Part shown: in pieces, positions 35,314-45,214 of the stretch
Layout: each line of letters begins with the position of its first letter
How positions within the stretch are numbered: the stretch's first letter is position 1
Assembly: GCA_963730155.1 (NCBI GenBank)
Contig: CAVSQV010000002.1
Coordinates: forward strand, 960,944-1,024,943
From: an uncultured Acidobacteriota bacterium
Lineage (GTDB): Bacteria > Acidobacteriota > Thermoanaerobaculia > Multivoradales > JBCCEF01
Reading direction: 5' to 3'
Length of the DNA stretch: 64,000 nucleotides
The notes under the pieces: model-generated
Seen by the model: only the letters and a program-made list of their open reading frames with translations
What the model was told of the DNA's origin: nothing
The model's database searches: none
Program-made: the position numbers and the translations under genes

Positions 35314-37273
35314 CTACGCCGCGTCCGCGGCGGTCTCCTCCTCCTGCGCCTCCTCCCACCCCAGGATCTCGTCGATCGTGCCGCGGCTGACCGCGTGGTA
35401 GCCGGGACGGGCGCGCTCGTAGACCTCGAGCGCCCAGGCCTTGCCCTCCGGGGTCGCCGCCAGTGCGCCGTAGAGCGGGGAGAGGAACTTGCGCCGGCCG
35501 ACCCGGAGCAGGAACTCCTCGAGCGCCGGGTAGGCCGGCCGGTAGTCCGCGGCGATCGCGCGCAGGAACCACTCGGCGCGGATCTCGGAGTTGCGGGCGG
35601 CGAGGTCGAAGCGCCGGTCCAGCTCGGCGAGGAGCGCCTGCGGCGTCTCCTCGGGGAGGCCGCGCAGGAAGTGCAGCCACTCATGGGTGGTCCAGGCGTC
35701 GGTCGCCAGCTCCGCGGTCGGGCGCCCACCCAGCCACGCCTCGCGCTGGGCGTCGACCGCGGCGAAGCGGTCGGAGGCCGGCGCCGCCAGGTTCTCGGGC
35801 AGGCCGGGCTGGTAGATCCAGCGCTCGACGCCGATCGCTTCCACCTCCTCGGGGCTCAAGAGCTCGCGCTCCAGGTAGTCGACGAAGTCGGCGGTGGTGA
35901 TCGACTGGAACGCGAAGTGGTCGAAGTAGCGCGCGAGGAAGGCGTCCCAGCGCTCGCGGCCGACCGCCGCTTCGAGGGTGCGGAGGAAGAAGCGCCCCTT
36001 CTCGTAGGCGATGTCGTCAGCCCGTCGTCGGGATCGCGGCCGGCGAGGTCGAGGTGGAGGCGGGTGTCCGGGCTCTCCGGCCCCATCTCCTCGACCGTCC
36101 CGCGGAGTTCCTGGAGCGAGAGCGCGGCGAGCATGTCGGCGTACTCGCGGCCGTACACCGCCTCCATGATCCGCCGCTTCGAAGTAGGTGGTGAACCCCT
36201 CGTTGAGCCAGAAGTCGTTCCAGGTCGCGTTGGTCACCAGGTTGCCCGACCAGGAGTGCGCCAGCTCGTGCGCGATCAGCGACACCAGCGAGCGGTCGCC
36301 GGCGATGATGGTCGGCGTGGCGAAGGTCAGCCGCGGGTTCTCCATGCCGCCGAACGGGAAGCTCGGCGGCAGCACCAGCATGTCGTAGCGCCCCCAGCGG
36401 TACGGGCCGTAGAGCTTCTCGGCCTGGTCGATCATCTGCTCGCGTGTCGGCGAACTCCGCGGCGGCCGGCTCGAGCATCGCCGGCTCGGCGTAGACGCCG
36501 GCGTCCTCGCCCAGCGGCGCGAAGCCGATGTCGCCCACCGCGAGCGCCAGCAGGTAGGACGGGATCGGCTGCGGCATGTCGAATCGGTAGACGCCGTCGG
36601 CCGAGGCCGCGGCCGGGTTGGCGGCGCTCATCAGCGCGAGGAGGCCCGCCGGCACCCGCACCGTCGCCTCGTAGGTGAAGCGCACGCCGGGGGAGTCCTG
36701 GATCGGCACCCAGGTGCGGGCCAGGATCGCCTGCGACTGGGTGTAGAGATAGGGCTGCGCGCCGCCGGCGGTCTGCGCCGGGTCGAGCCACTGGAGCGCC
36801 GCCGCGTCCGGGCTGGTCGCGTAGTCGACGTGCACCACCGCGGTGCCCGGCTCGATCGCCACGGTCAGCGGCCGGCCCAGGAAAGGCTGCCCATCGGTCG
36901 CCTCGCCGAGGGTGAAGCGCGCCGGCTCGGCGGCGCCGTCGAGCGTGACGCCGGAGATTTCGAGGTCCCGCGTGTCGAGCACCACCTCGCGCGCCCCGCC
37001 CGGGTTGTCGAGCGTCAGCGAGGCGCGCCCGGAGAGCTTCCTCGCCTCGAAATCGACCGTCAGGTCGAGCGCCAGGTGGCTCACCCGCACCTCCTCGGGC
37101 CGCGCGAAGGAGTGGGGATCGTCGGCCACCGCGGGCGGCGCCGCGGCCGGCTCGGGCTCCTCGGCGGGGCCGCAGGCGACGGCGAGCAGCGCGGCGAGGG
37201 CGAGCAGGGAGGCCGCCGGCAGGAGGCGGCGGGAGGGGAAGGTGCGGGCGTGGCGGTTCCGGCGCTGGGTCAT
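35314..37273 (-). pseudogene. M1-family (leukotriene A4 hydrolase-like) aminopeptidase lipoprotein, 3 frame disruptions (about 36440, 36175, 36015)
   Basis: Lipoprotein signal LLALAALLAVAC. GAMEN-like FGGMENP. Zinc site LIAHELAHSWSGNLV...WLNEGFTTYFE. C-terminal Leuk-A4-hydro_C-like WTTHEWLHFL. The sequence is recovered only by joining four frames of track ORFs 36017..37273, 35314..36435 and 35856..36167. Confidence 0.8.
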
Positions 37274-37366
37274 CTGGGGACTCCTCTCGGGGGACGGGTC
37301 GGGCGGGGCGGCTGACGGCGCCGCGGCGGCAAAGAGTATACGCCGGGGCGGAGGCCGGGTTCTCGC

Positions 37367-38287
37367 TCAAGCCGCCGGCCGTCCCGCCTCGAGGTCTCGC
37401 TCGAGGTCGGCCGCGATCGCGTAGACCTCGGGGCGGGTCAGCCTGGCACCGACGCCGCGGGTCTCGACGCGGTCGAGGGCGGCGGCGGCGAGGCGGACGG
37501 GGAGGGCGCAGAAGGCGACCAGGCCGCGCTCGGCGGGGCGGACTCGGCCCTGGAGATCGGCGACGTAGCGGCTGGCGACGGCGAGGCTGGCGCGGGCGCG
37601 GCCGAAGACGGCGGCGGCGGGAAGGTGAGTCGGGAGGAAGCGGCGCCCCTCGCCGGCGTCGACGGCGGCGTCCTTCAGGATGTTGACGAGCTGGAGGCCC
37701 TCGCCGAAGCGGGGGGCGCGGCGGCGCAGGTCGGCGGCCGCCGGTTCGAGCACCGGCCGGCCGAGCAGGAACAGCTCGGTGAGCATCTCGCCGACGATGC
37801 CGGCGACCACGTAGCAGTAGGCGGCGAGGTCGTCGAGGTCGGCCAGCTCGAGGTCGCCGCCGTCGCCGGCGCGGGCGACGAAGCAGGCCATGCCGCGGGC
37901 GGTGCGCACGGTGTGGCGGCCGACCACGGCGCGGGCGGCGGGGGAGAGGGCGCGGAAGGCGGCGAGCACGGCCGGCGCCTCGGCCAGGAGCTCGAGGTAG
38001 CCGGCATGCTCGCTCGGCAGGTCGCCGGCCCAGGAGGCCGCCAGCTCCTCGGCGGCGTCCGCGGCCGGCCGCTCGACCAGCCCGGCGAAGCGGCCGAGCG
38101 CCTCGATCCGCCGCGCCGCCGGCCACGCCGCGGCGTCCTCGAAGGTGTCGGCGATCCGGAACAAGAGGTAGGCCACCGTCACCTCGCGCCGGGTCGGCTC
38201 GGGCAGGAGCGGGATCGCCAGCGCGAAGGTCCGGCTGGTCTTCTCGAGCAGGTCGTCGAGGTCGAGGAGGCGGTCGAGGTCGGACAT
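37367..38287 (-). CDS. Squalene/phytoene synthase family protein
   Basis: 306 aa. TSRTFALAI, YLLFRIADTFEDA (first Asp-rich motif), YCYVVAGIVGEM, GLQLVNILKDAAVD (second motif). Confidence 0.8.
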   Translation of the reverse strand: MSDLDRLLDLDDLLEKTSRTFALAIPLLPEPTRREVTVAYLLFRIADTFEDAAAWPAARRIEALGRFAGLVERPAADAAEELAASWAGDLPSEHAGYLELLAEAPAVLAAFRALSPAARAVVGRHTVRTARGMACFVARAGDGGDLELADLDDLAAYCYVVAGIVGEMLTELFLLGRPVLEPAAADLRRRAPRFGEGLQLVNILKDAAVDAGEGRRFLPTHLPAAAVFGRARASLAVASRYVADLQGRVRPAERGLVAFCALPVRLAAAALDRVETRGVGARLTRPEVYAIAADLERDLEAGRPAA

Positions 38288-38499
38288 GGCCGTTGTCGAA
38301 AGGCCGCAAAGGCTATCAGAGCCGGCGCCGCCGATGGCTTCGCGCCGGCCGGGGGTGGTGTCCTACCAGTGTGTGGGCGCGTCCACCCCTTGACCGCGCG
38401 CTAGCTTCGCCGGTTGCTGGCCCGGAATGCCCCGGCCGGGGACTTGCCGCCCAAGCGAGCTCCGCGCTCAGGTTGCTCCACTCCGGCTGAATCCGTTGG

Positions 38500-39363
38500 T
38501 CAACCGCGTGAACCGCCGGCTGGCGGTCGGGGTGGCGCGGGCTCCGTGGTCGATGGCGGAGCTGATCGCGACGTAAACCATACATCCTCGGGAACGAGCG
38601 AGAAGCGGTGCTCCTGGTTTAGCTGCATCACCGGAAGCTCGATGGGGTGTTCCCCGGCCTTGAGACGAAATATGAAATCGTCGATCACGTCAGCAGTAAA
38701 GCAGTACCCGCCGCCTCCCGCTTCGCGAATGCCCATGATCCGCGAGAAGGAACGCCTGATGGGCCGACTCGATCCCGCGAGTTGATCCGCGAAGTATTTG
38801 TACACCTCGTAGGCATGGAGGTCCGCCGCTTGCAACGGAGGAGACAGGCGCCTATCGCCAAGGCGTAGGGCCCCCATTCGATAGAAGTCGGGATCCCGCC
38901 TCTGTTGCACAAGGAATGCATCGAGCGCTCGACGCCCACCGAGACCGCCTTGCTCAAACATGCACGGAATGTAGGTTGATCTCCTGTCTGCTATGCGCCG
39001 CAACCTGGATGCGCAGCCGATGGCAGACAGCGTATACATCATGTGGTCGGAGTTCTCTATTACAAACTGACGATAATCGTTGACCACAATTACCGTCCAA
39101 AGACGGAAGCTGACGCGACGACAAATAATATCTATCAGACGAGTTATGAACATCTTGCTGCGTTCAGCCTCCCAACCCTTGAATTGCCCGATTGAATGAG
39201 AGAAATCCACCATGTGAAAGTCCGTTATGCCCTCGTTCGAAAGCGCCTTCATCCACTCTCCGCTAAACCTCTCCCACTGGTGCGCCGGAGTGACAAGTCC
39301 GGACAGGACAAAGACCCTTGAATCTCCATGACTGCCGCTTTCATCAAAGTAGGCGCTTAGCAT
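38500..39363 (-). CDS. DUF3800-domain protein on a low-GC islet
   Basis: ATG at 39363 (codon 64 of track ORF 38500..39552). MLSAYFDESGSHGDSRVFVLSGLV is the DUF3800 N-terminal DESG motif. LQAADLHAYEVYKY near the C-terminal third. Local DNA is visibly AT-richer than its flanks. Confidence 0.65.
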   Translation of the reverse strand: MLSAYFDESGSHGDSRVFVLSGLVTPAHQWERFSGEWMKALSNEGITDFHMVDFSHSIGQFKGWEAERSKMFITRLIDIICRRVSFRLWTVIVVNDYRQFVIENSDHMMYTLSAIGCASRLRRIADRRSTYIPCMFEQGGLGGRRALDAFLVQQRRDPDFYRMGALRLGDRRLSPPLQAADLHAYEVYKYFADQLAGSSRPIRRSFSRIMGIREAGGGGYCFTADVIDDFIFRLKAGEHPIELPVMQLNQEHRFSLVPEDVWFTSRSAPPSTTEPAPPRPPAGGSRG

Positions 39364-39642
39364 CGCCCAGAGCCTCCGTCTCCGGGAGCCAAAGAGCGCC
39401 GCGACTGTCGCTGCGAAGTACGCTCTTGCGTCATCGGACACCTCCCGCAGGTGCGCAACGGCGCCCCACGCGCCGCACCGGGGAAGTCTACAGCGGTGCC
39501 TTGAATGCGGGAGCGAGCGGGTGAGGGAGGCGGTCGGCGGGTCACGGCGCACCCGCGACGGTGCCCGGCCGGAGCGGCGCCCACCCCCACACGGGGATAG
39601 GACACTACCCGGCGGTCGGGGCGGATGCGCCGGGGCTCGTGG

Positions 39643-40506
39643 TCAGGCGGGCGAGACGTGGGTGCCGGCGGGGCGGCCCCCCAGGGCATCGGCGAGGGCG
39701 CCGGGCTCGCGGCCGTCGAGGATCCACGACTCGACGCCCAGGCTGGCGAGCGCCAGCGCGGCGTCCACCCGGTGGCGCATGCCGCCGGTGACGTCGGTGC
39801 CGGCGGCGGCGCCGGCGGCGGCCGCGGCCAGGACGGACGACGGTTCGGCCGCGGAGATCTCGGCGATCGGACGGCCGGCCTCGTCGAGCACGCCGGCGGT
39901 GGCGCCGAGCCAGAGCGCCCGCTCGGCGCGCCAGCCGAGGGCGGGCAGCCGCTCGGCGAGCGCCAGGAGGACGCGCTCGGTGGAGCAGATCGCGACCCCC
40001 TGCTCGCGGTCGAGGACGACGTCGCCGTAGACCACCGGCAGGAGGCCGAGCCCGAGCGCCAGGGCCGCCGGCTCGGCGGCCAGCTCGGCCGGGCGGCCGC
40101 CGGCGGCGACCAGGGCGCTCGACGGCGCGATCGAGAACGGCAGAGCGCCGGCCGCGGCCAGCTCGGCGACGACCAGCCGGTGCAGCTCGGCGGCCCGCGC
40201 CTGGGTCTCGCCGATGCCGGCGAGGCGGGCGCGGTCCGCGCTCGCCGGAGGGAAGAGCCCCTCGGCGAGCCGATGCCGCTCGGCCACGACGTGCCCGAAC
40301 GAGCCGCTGCCGTGGCCGAGGACGACGTGCGGCGCGCCCTCGCCGGCGAGCACCTCGGCCAGCTCGCGGGCGAGCCGGCGGATCACCTCCGGGCGCGGGG
40401 TATCGGGGCGGGTCTTGTCGGTGATCAGGCTGCCGCCGAGCTTGACCAGCACCACCGGCCGCGGCGCCGGCTCGGCGGGCGGTGGGGAAGTGGAGTGCGT
40501 CGGCAT
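39643..40506 (-). CDS. Isopentenyl phosphate kinase (amino acid kinase fold)
   Basis: ATG at 40506 (last 287 codons of track ORF 39643..41610). VVLVKLGGSLITDK, VVLGHGSGSFGH, TDVTGGM: IPK-type motifs. Last gene of the mevalonate operon. Confidence 0.75.
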   Translation of the reverse strand: MPTHSTSPPPAEPAPRPVVLVKLGGSLITDKTRPDTPRPEVIRRLARELAEVLAGEGAPHVVLGHGSGSFGHVVAERHRLAEGLFPPASADRARLAGIGETQARAAELHRLVVAELAAAGALPFSIAPSSALVAAGGRPAELAAEPAALALGLGLLPVVYGDVVLDREQGVAICSTERVLLALAERLPALGWRAERALWLGATAGVLDEAGRPIAEISAAEPSSVLAAAAAGAAAGTDVTGGMRHRVDAALALASLGVESWILDGREPGALADALGGRPAGTHVSPA

Positions 40507-40526
40507 CGGCTGGTGCTCCGGCCGGA

Positions 40527-41657
40527 TCAGAACAGGTGGTCCGAGTGGATCCGCGGTCCGTCGCCGACCCGGTCGCGGATCACGCCGCGCACCGCCGGCA
40601 GGCGCTCGAGGCGCGCCGCCACCTCGGCGGCTTCGGCCTCGGCGCAGATCACGTGGACGTTGGCGCCGGCGTCCATCGTCGCCCAGGCGCCGAGGCCGGC
40701 GCCCGGCGCCCGCATCGCGCGCACCGCGGCGAGCACTTCGAGCGTCCCGGGCTGCCAGTAGAAGACCGGCGGGCGCGACGACATCGCGATCAGGTGCAGC
40801 TCGATCGCCTCCTCCTCGACCACCGGGCCGAGCCGGCCGAGGTCGCGGCCGTGGATCGCCGCCCGCACCTCGGCGAGCCGGCGCGGCAGCTCGGCGAGCC
40901 GGCGCTCGAAGTGCGGGCTGGTCGGTGCGAGGCGGTGGCCGTCGAGCGACGGGACCTCCTTCGGCCGCTCCTCGACTAGGGCGATGACGTCGGCGAGCGC
41001 CCAGTGGTCGGCGGGAAAGAGCTGGGCCGCCCGGGGGTCGTCGTCGCCGCCGACCGCGGCGTCCTCGCCGCCTGCGCCGGCCGGCCACTCGACGTAGCCG
41101 CCGAGGACCGAGCGCGCCGCCGAGCCCGAGCCGCTGCGGCGGGCCAGCGACGACAGCTCGCCGCGCCCGAGGCCGCCGGCCGCCGGATCCCCGAGCGGGT
41201 CCTTCCCGAGCGCCTCGGCCACCGCCACCGCCAGCGCGGCGAAACCGGAGGCCGACGACGCCAGCCCGGCGGCGGCGGGGAAGGAGTTCTCGGTGGCGAC
41301 GCGAAAGCGCGGGCCGCTCCCCGCCGGTGGAGCCTCGCCGCCGGCCGCCCACTCGCGCAGCGCGTCGAGGTGGCGGTGGACGCGCGCGGCGAAGCGCTCG
41401 GGGGCCGGCCCGAGGCGCCCGTCGGGCCCGGCGAGCAGCACTTCGTCGGCCGTGGCGGCGATCAACTCGACCGTGGTCCGGCTGCGGCAGCGCTCCAGCG
41501 TCATCGAGATCGACGGCGCCAGCGGCAGCGCCCGCGGCAGGTCGCGTGCGCCCCAGTACTTGACGAAGGCGATGTTGGCCGGGGCGCTGGCCGTCGCCTT
41601 GCCGCCGCAAGGTCTGCCGAAGGGACTGGCGCCGCCGGGACTGCCGCCGGCGGTCAC
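40527..41657 (-). CDS. Mevalonate (di)phosphate decarboxylase family protein (MVD or phosphomevalonate decarboxylase)
   Basis: 376 aa. APANIAFVKYWG, ENSFPAAAGLASSASGFAALAVA: GHMP decarboxylase motifs. Start overlaps the mevalonate kinase stop by 4 nt. Confidence 0.8.
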   Translation of the reverse strand: MTAGGSPGGASPFGRPCGGKATASAPANIAFVKYWGARDLPRALPLAPSISMTLERCRSRTTVELIAATADEVLLAGPDGRLGPAPERFAARVHRHLDALREWAAGGEAPPAGSGPRFRVATENSFPAAAGLASSASGFAALAVAVAEALGKDPLGDPAAGGLGRGELSSLARRSGSGSAARSVLGGYVEWPAGAGGEDAAVGGDDDPRAAQLFPADHWALADVIALVEERPKEVPSLDGHRLAPTSPHFERRLAELPRRLAEVRAAIHGRDLGRLGPVVEEEAIELHLIAMSSRPPVFYWQPGTLEVLAAVRAMRAPGAGLGAWATMDAGANVHVICAEAEAAEVAARLERLPAVRGVIRDRVGDGPRIHSDHLF

Positions 41658-42853
41658 GGCGCCGCCTCGTCGCCGGCGCGGGGCGGCTCGGGGATGGTGA
41701 GGCGCAGCCCGTCGGCGCCCAGGGTCACCCGGTGGCGGCGGAGGCCGGCGAGCGCCGGGATCTCGGCCAGCCGCTCCGGCTCGGGGTGGTAGACCAGGAG
41801 CGAGCCGGCGGCGGGGCCAGCGAGCGAACCGGCGCCCGAGACCTTGGCCGCGCCGCCCGCCGCCTCGACCGCGCGCACCCGCTCGCGCACCGGCTCGGGC
41901 ACCACGCCCAGCTCCTCGAGCGCCCGCTCGCAGGCCGCGAACAGCTCACGCGCGCGGACCGGGTCCTCGCGCTCGGCCAAGAGCTCCTCGCGCAGCGCCC
42001 GCGTCGCCTGCTCGATGCGGTCGAAGAGCAGCCCGCCCCACGACGGGTCGGCGTCGAGCCGGGCGCGCACCGCCGCCACCACCTCGCCGGTGGCCTCGGG
42101 GGGGCGGCCGGTGTCGTAGACGGCGAGCCGGCCGAGGAGGCCCGAGCGGGGGACGAAGCGCGAGAAGGCGAGCCCGCCGTCGAAGCCGGCGGCCTCGGCC
42201 CAGACCAGCCCGCCGTGGAGCACGGTGGCGCTGTCGGCGCCGGAGGGGAGGCCGTGCTGGCGGCGCTCGACCTCGAACGCCAGCCGCTCGACGTCGTCGA
42301 GGCCCGCGGGGGCGCTGCGCAGCGCCAGGTAGCCGGCGACCACGGCCACCGCCGCCGCCGCCGAGCTGCCGAACCCCGAACCGACCGGCAGCCGGCCGGC
42401 GAGCGCGAGGTCGATCGACGGTCCGCCCGTTTCGCCGAGGAGACCGGCGGCCTCGCCCAACGCCACCATCACGACGTGGGCCGGGTCGTCGCCGCGGACG
42501 GCGGCGAAACCGTCGGCGCTCGGCCGCAGCGCATAGCGCTCCCAGTGCGAGCGGGTGCCGCGGGCGTGGCGGACGATCTCCGACCACGCCAGCTCGCGCG
42601 GCGGCCCGAGGGCGGGGGCGTCGAGGCGCACCGTGGTCTCAGCGGGCGACCCGCCGCGGTCGCCGGAGCGGCGCGGTCGGGGCCCGGCGAAGCGCGCCTC
42701 CAGGCGCAGCCCGACCGCGGCCACCAGCGCCGGGCGCCGGTAGACCACGGCGTGCTCGCCCATCAGGATGAGCTTGCCCGGCACCGAGGCGACGACCCGC
42801 CGCACCGGTGCCGGCCGCGGCGGGGACGGAGGGGTCTCTGCGGGAATGATCAA
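41654..42853 (-). CDS. mvk: Mevalonate kinase
   Basis: 399 aa. ASVPGKLILMGEHAVVY, LPVGSGFGSSAAAAVAV: GHMP kinase motifs in the mevalonate kinase arrangement. 4-nt overlaps with both neighbours. Confidence 0.8.
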   Translation of the reverse strand: MIIPAETPPSPPRPAPVRRVVASVPGKLILMGEHAVVYRRPALVAAVGLRLEARFAGPRPRRSGDRGGSPAETTVRLDAPALGPPRELAWSEIVRHARGTRSHWERYALRPSADGFAAVRGDDPAHVVMVALGEAAGLLGETGGPSIDLALAGRLPVGSGFGSSAAAAVAVVAGYLALRSAPAGLDDVERLAFEVERRQHGLPSGADSATVLHGGLVWAEAAGFDGGLAFSRFVPRSGLLGRLAVYDTGRPPEATGEVVAAVRARLDADPSWGGLLFDRIEQATRALREELLAEREDPVRARELFAACERALEELGVVPEPVRERVRAVEAAGGAAKVSGAGSLAGPAAGSLLVYHPEPERLAEIPALAGLRRHRVTLGADGLRLTIPEPPRAGDEAAP

Positions 42854-44139
42854 CCGGCGTCGAGCTTACCGCGGCCGAGCCGCTCGTGAGCGCGGGCGAG
42901 GTCCTGGGAAGTGAGGGCGGCCATCAGCGAGATCTCGCCCGCGAGCACCGCGCCGCCGAGGATCTCGGCCAGCCGCCGCGAGGCGTCGCCGGGCCGCTCG
43001 GGGTCGGGCTCGACGCCGAGCATCGCCAGCGCCTCGCTCTGGGTCGCGAGGCCGGTGCCGCCGCCGATCGCGCCGATCGGCACCGCGGGCATGTAGATCG
43101 AGCAGTAGACCGCCTCGGGGCCGCGTGGCTCGATGCAGGTCACGCCCATCGAGCCCTCGACGACGTGCGCCGGGTCCTGGCCGGTGGCCAGGAAGAAGGC
43201 GGCGAGGACGTTGGCGTAGTGGGCGTTGAACCCCTTCGAGCCGGCCGCGATCGAGCCCAGGAGGTTCTTCCGGTACTGCGCCTCGACCAGGTCGCGGGCG
43301 GTGGTCTTGAGATAGCGCTTGAGCACCGGCGCCTCGATCACCACCTCGGCGAACACCCGCTTGCCGCGCCCCTCGAGGAAGTTGATCTCGGCCGGCTTCT
43401 TGTCGACGCAGAAGTTGCCCGAGAGCGCGATGCACGAGATCCCGGTCGCCGGCTCGATGAGCTGGGTGACCACCCGGTCGCAGGCGATGGTCGCCATGTT
43501 CATGCCCATCGCGTCGCCGGTCTCGAAGCGGAAGCGGAGGAAGACCGTGGTGCCGAACGCCGCGGGCTTGATGTCGATCAGGCGCAGGTAGCGGCTGGTG
43601 CCCTCGGCGACGGCGCGGATCTCGTCGACGTGCTCGCGGATCCAGGCCAGGAACTCGCGCGACTGCTCGACGCCCGAGGTGCGGAACGCCGGCGCCCGGG
43701 TCATCCCGACCTCCTCGACGCGGACGGTGGCGCCGCCCGACTCGCGGATCGCCGCGCAGCCGCGATTGGTCGAGGCCACGAGCGCCGCCTCGGTGGTCGC
43801 CAGCGGCACGAAGAGATCGCCTTGGACGTGCTCGCCGGAGAGGCGCAGCGGGCCGATCACCCCGATCGGCACCTGCACCGCGCCGATGAAGTTCTCGCAG
43901 TTGCGGCAGGAGGCGCGGTCGGCGTCGAGGGTGTAGCTGCCGGTGTGGTCGAGCCGGGCGCCGCTGATCCGCTCCAGCGCGTCGCGGCGGACCCGCGCCG
44001 CCTCGTCGGCGTCGAGGTCGGCGGGCAGCTCGTGGAAGCGCCGCTCGCCGCTCGCGAGCTGCCGCGCCAGCTCCTGTCGTTCGCTCTCGGGGTCCATCGT
44101 GGGCCTCTTGGCTACTGCCGCGTGGGTGCGGTTGCTCAT
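42850..44139 (-). CDS. Hydroxymethylglutaryl-CoA reductase (class I-like)
   Basis: ATG at 44139 (codon 178 of track ORF 42850..44670). CENFIGAVQVPIGVIGPL, LATTEAALVAS, ETGDAMGMNM, GGGTGL: HMGR catalytic blocks. Confidence 0.9.
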   Translation of the reverse strand: MSNRTHAAVAKRPTMDPESERQELARQLASGERRFHELPADLDADEAARVRRDALERISGARLDHTGSYTLDADRASCRNCENFIGAVQVPIGVIGPLRLSGEHVQGDLFVPLATTEAALVASTNRGCAAIRESGGATVRVEEVGMTRAPAFRTSGVEQSREFLAWIREHVDEIRAVAEGTSRYLRLIDIKPAAFGTTVFLRFRFETGDAMGMNMATIACDRVVTQLIEPATGISCIALSGNFCVDKKPAEINFLEGRGKRVFAEVVIEAPVLKRYLKTTARDLVEAQYRKNLLGSIAAGSKGFNAHYANVLAAFFLATGQDPAHVVEGSMGVTCIEPRGPEAVYCSIYMPAVPIGAIGGGTGLATQSEALAMLGVEPDPERPGDASRRLAEILGGAVLAGEISLMAALTSQDLARAHERLGRGKLDAG

Positions 44140-45214
44140 GGCGCGGTCCTCTCCCGGATCGAAACCGGTTCGATGGGCGCCCGCTTCAACTCGGCGACGG
44201 TGCGGGCGCCGGTGCAGAACATCGCGATGCGGAGCTCTTCGACGATGCGCTCGATCCTCGCCACCACCGCCTCCGGCGACTCGGTGGCGGCGGCCAGGAA
44301 CGGGAAGGCCATGCCGGCGAGGTCGGCGCCGAGCGCGATCGCCTTGGCGACGTCGACGCCGTGGCGCAGCCCGCCGCTGCCGATCACGGTCACCCCCGGC
44401 ACCTGGCTGCACTGGCGGATCGACTCCGGGGTCGGGATGCCCCAGTCGGCGAACACCTCGCCGAGCGGCAGGTCGCCGGCGCGCGCCGCCTCGATCCGCG
44501 CCCAGCTCGTGCCGCCGACGCCGGCGATGTCGACGATCGCGATGCCGCGCGCGGCGAGCGCGGCGGCCAGCGCGCCCGAGATCCCGGCGCCGACCTCCTT
44601 GGCGATCACCGGCACGGGGAGCCCGGCGGCGACCGCGGCCATCTTGTCGAGCAGACCCGCGAAGTCGCACTGCCCTCGGGCTGGATCGCCTCCTGGAGCG
44701 GATTGAGGTGCAGCACCAGCGCGTCGGCCTCGATCATCTCCACCGCGCGCCGGCACTCGTCGACGCCGAAGCCGTAGTTGAGCTGCACGGCGCCGAGGTT
44801 GGCGAGGAGGACGGTGGTCGGGGCGTCGGCGCGCACCGTGAAGGTCTCGGTGGTCGCAGCGTCCTCGAGCGCCTTGCGCTGCGAGCCGACGCCGACCGCG
44901 ATGCCGGTCGCCTCGGCGGCGATCGCGAGGTTGCGGTTGATCCGCGACGCGACCTCGGTGCCGCCGGTCATGCACGAGATCAGGAGCGGCGCCCGGAGGC
45001 GCTTGCCGAGGAAGTCGACCGAGGTGTCGATCGCCGCGCGGTCGATCTCGGGGGCCGCGGCGTGGCCGAGGCGCCAGCCGTCGAAGTAGGAGGCGCCGAG
45101 CTGCATCCGCTCCTCGAGCGCGAGCCGGATGTGGTCGGCCTTGCGGTCGGCGGTGCCGTCCGCGGCGAGCTGGCCGGCCGGGGCCGGCGCGAGGGAGCGG
45201 TGGAGCGCGCTCAC
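44136..45214 (-). pseudogene. fni: Type 2 isopentenyl-diphosphate delta-isomerase, one frame disruption near 44660
   Basis: GTG at 45214 overlaps the upstream stop. N-terminal part (tail of track ORF 44606..47152): DRKADHIRLALE...LLISCMTGG...LHLNPLQEAIQPEG. C-terminal part (track ORF 44136..44975): PVIAKEVGAGIS...AGVGGTSWARIE...GSGGLRHG. Confidence 0.8.
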
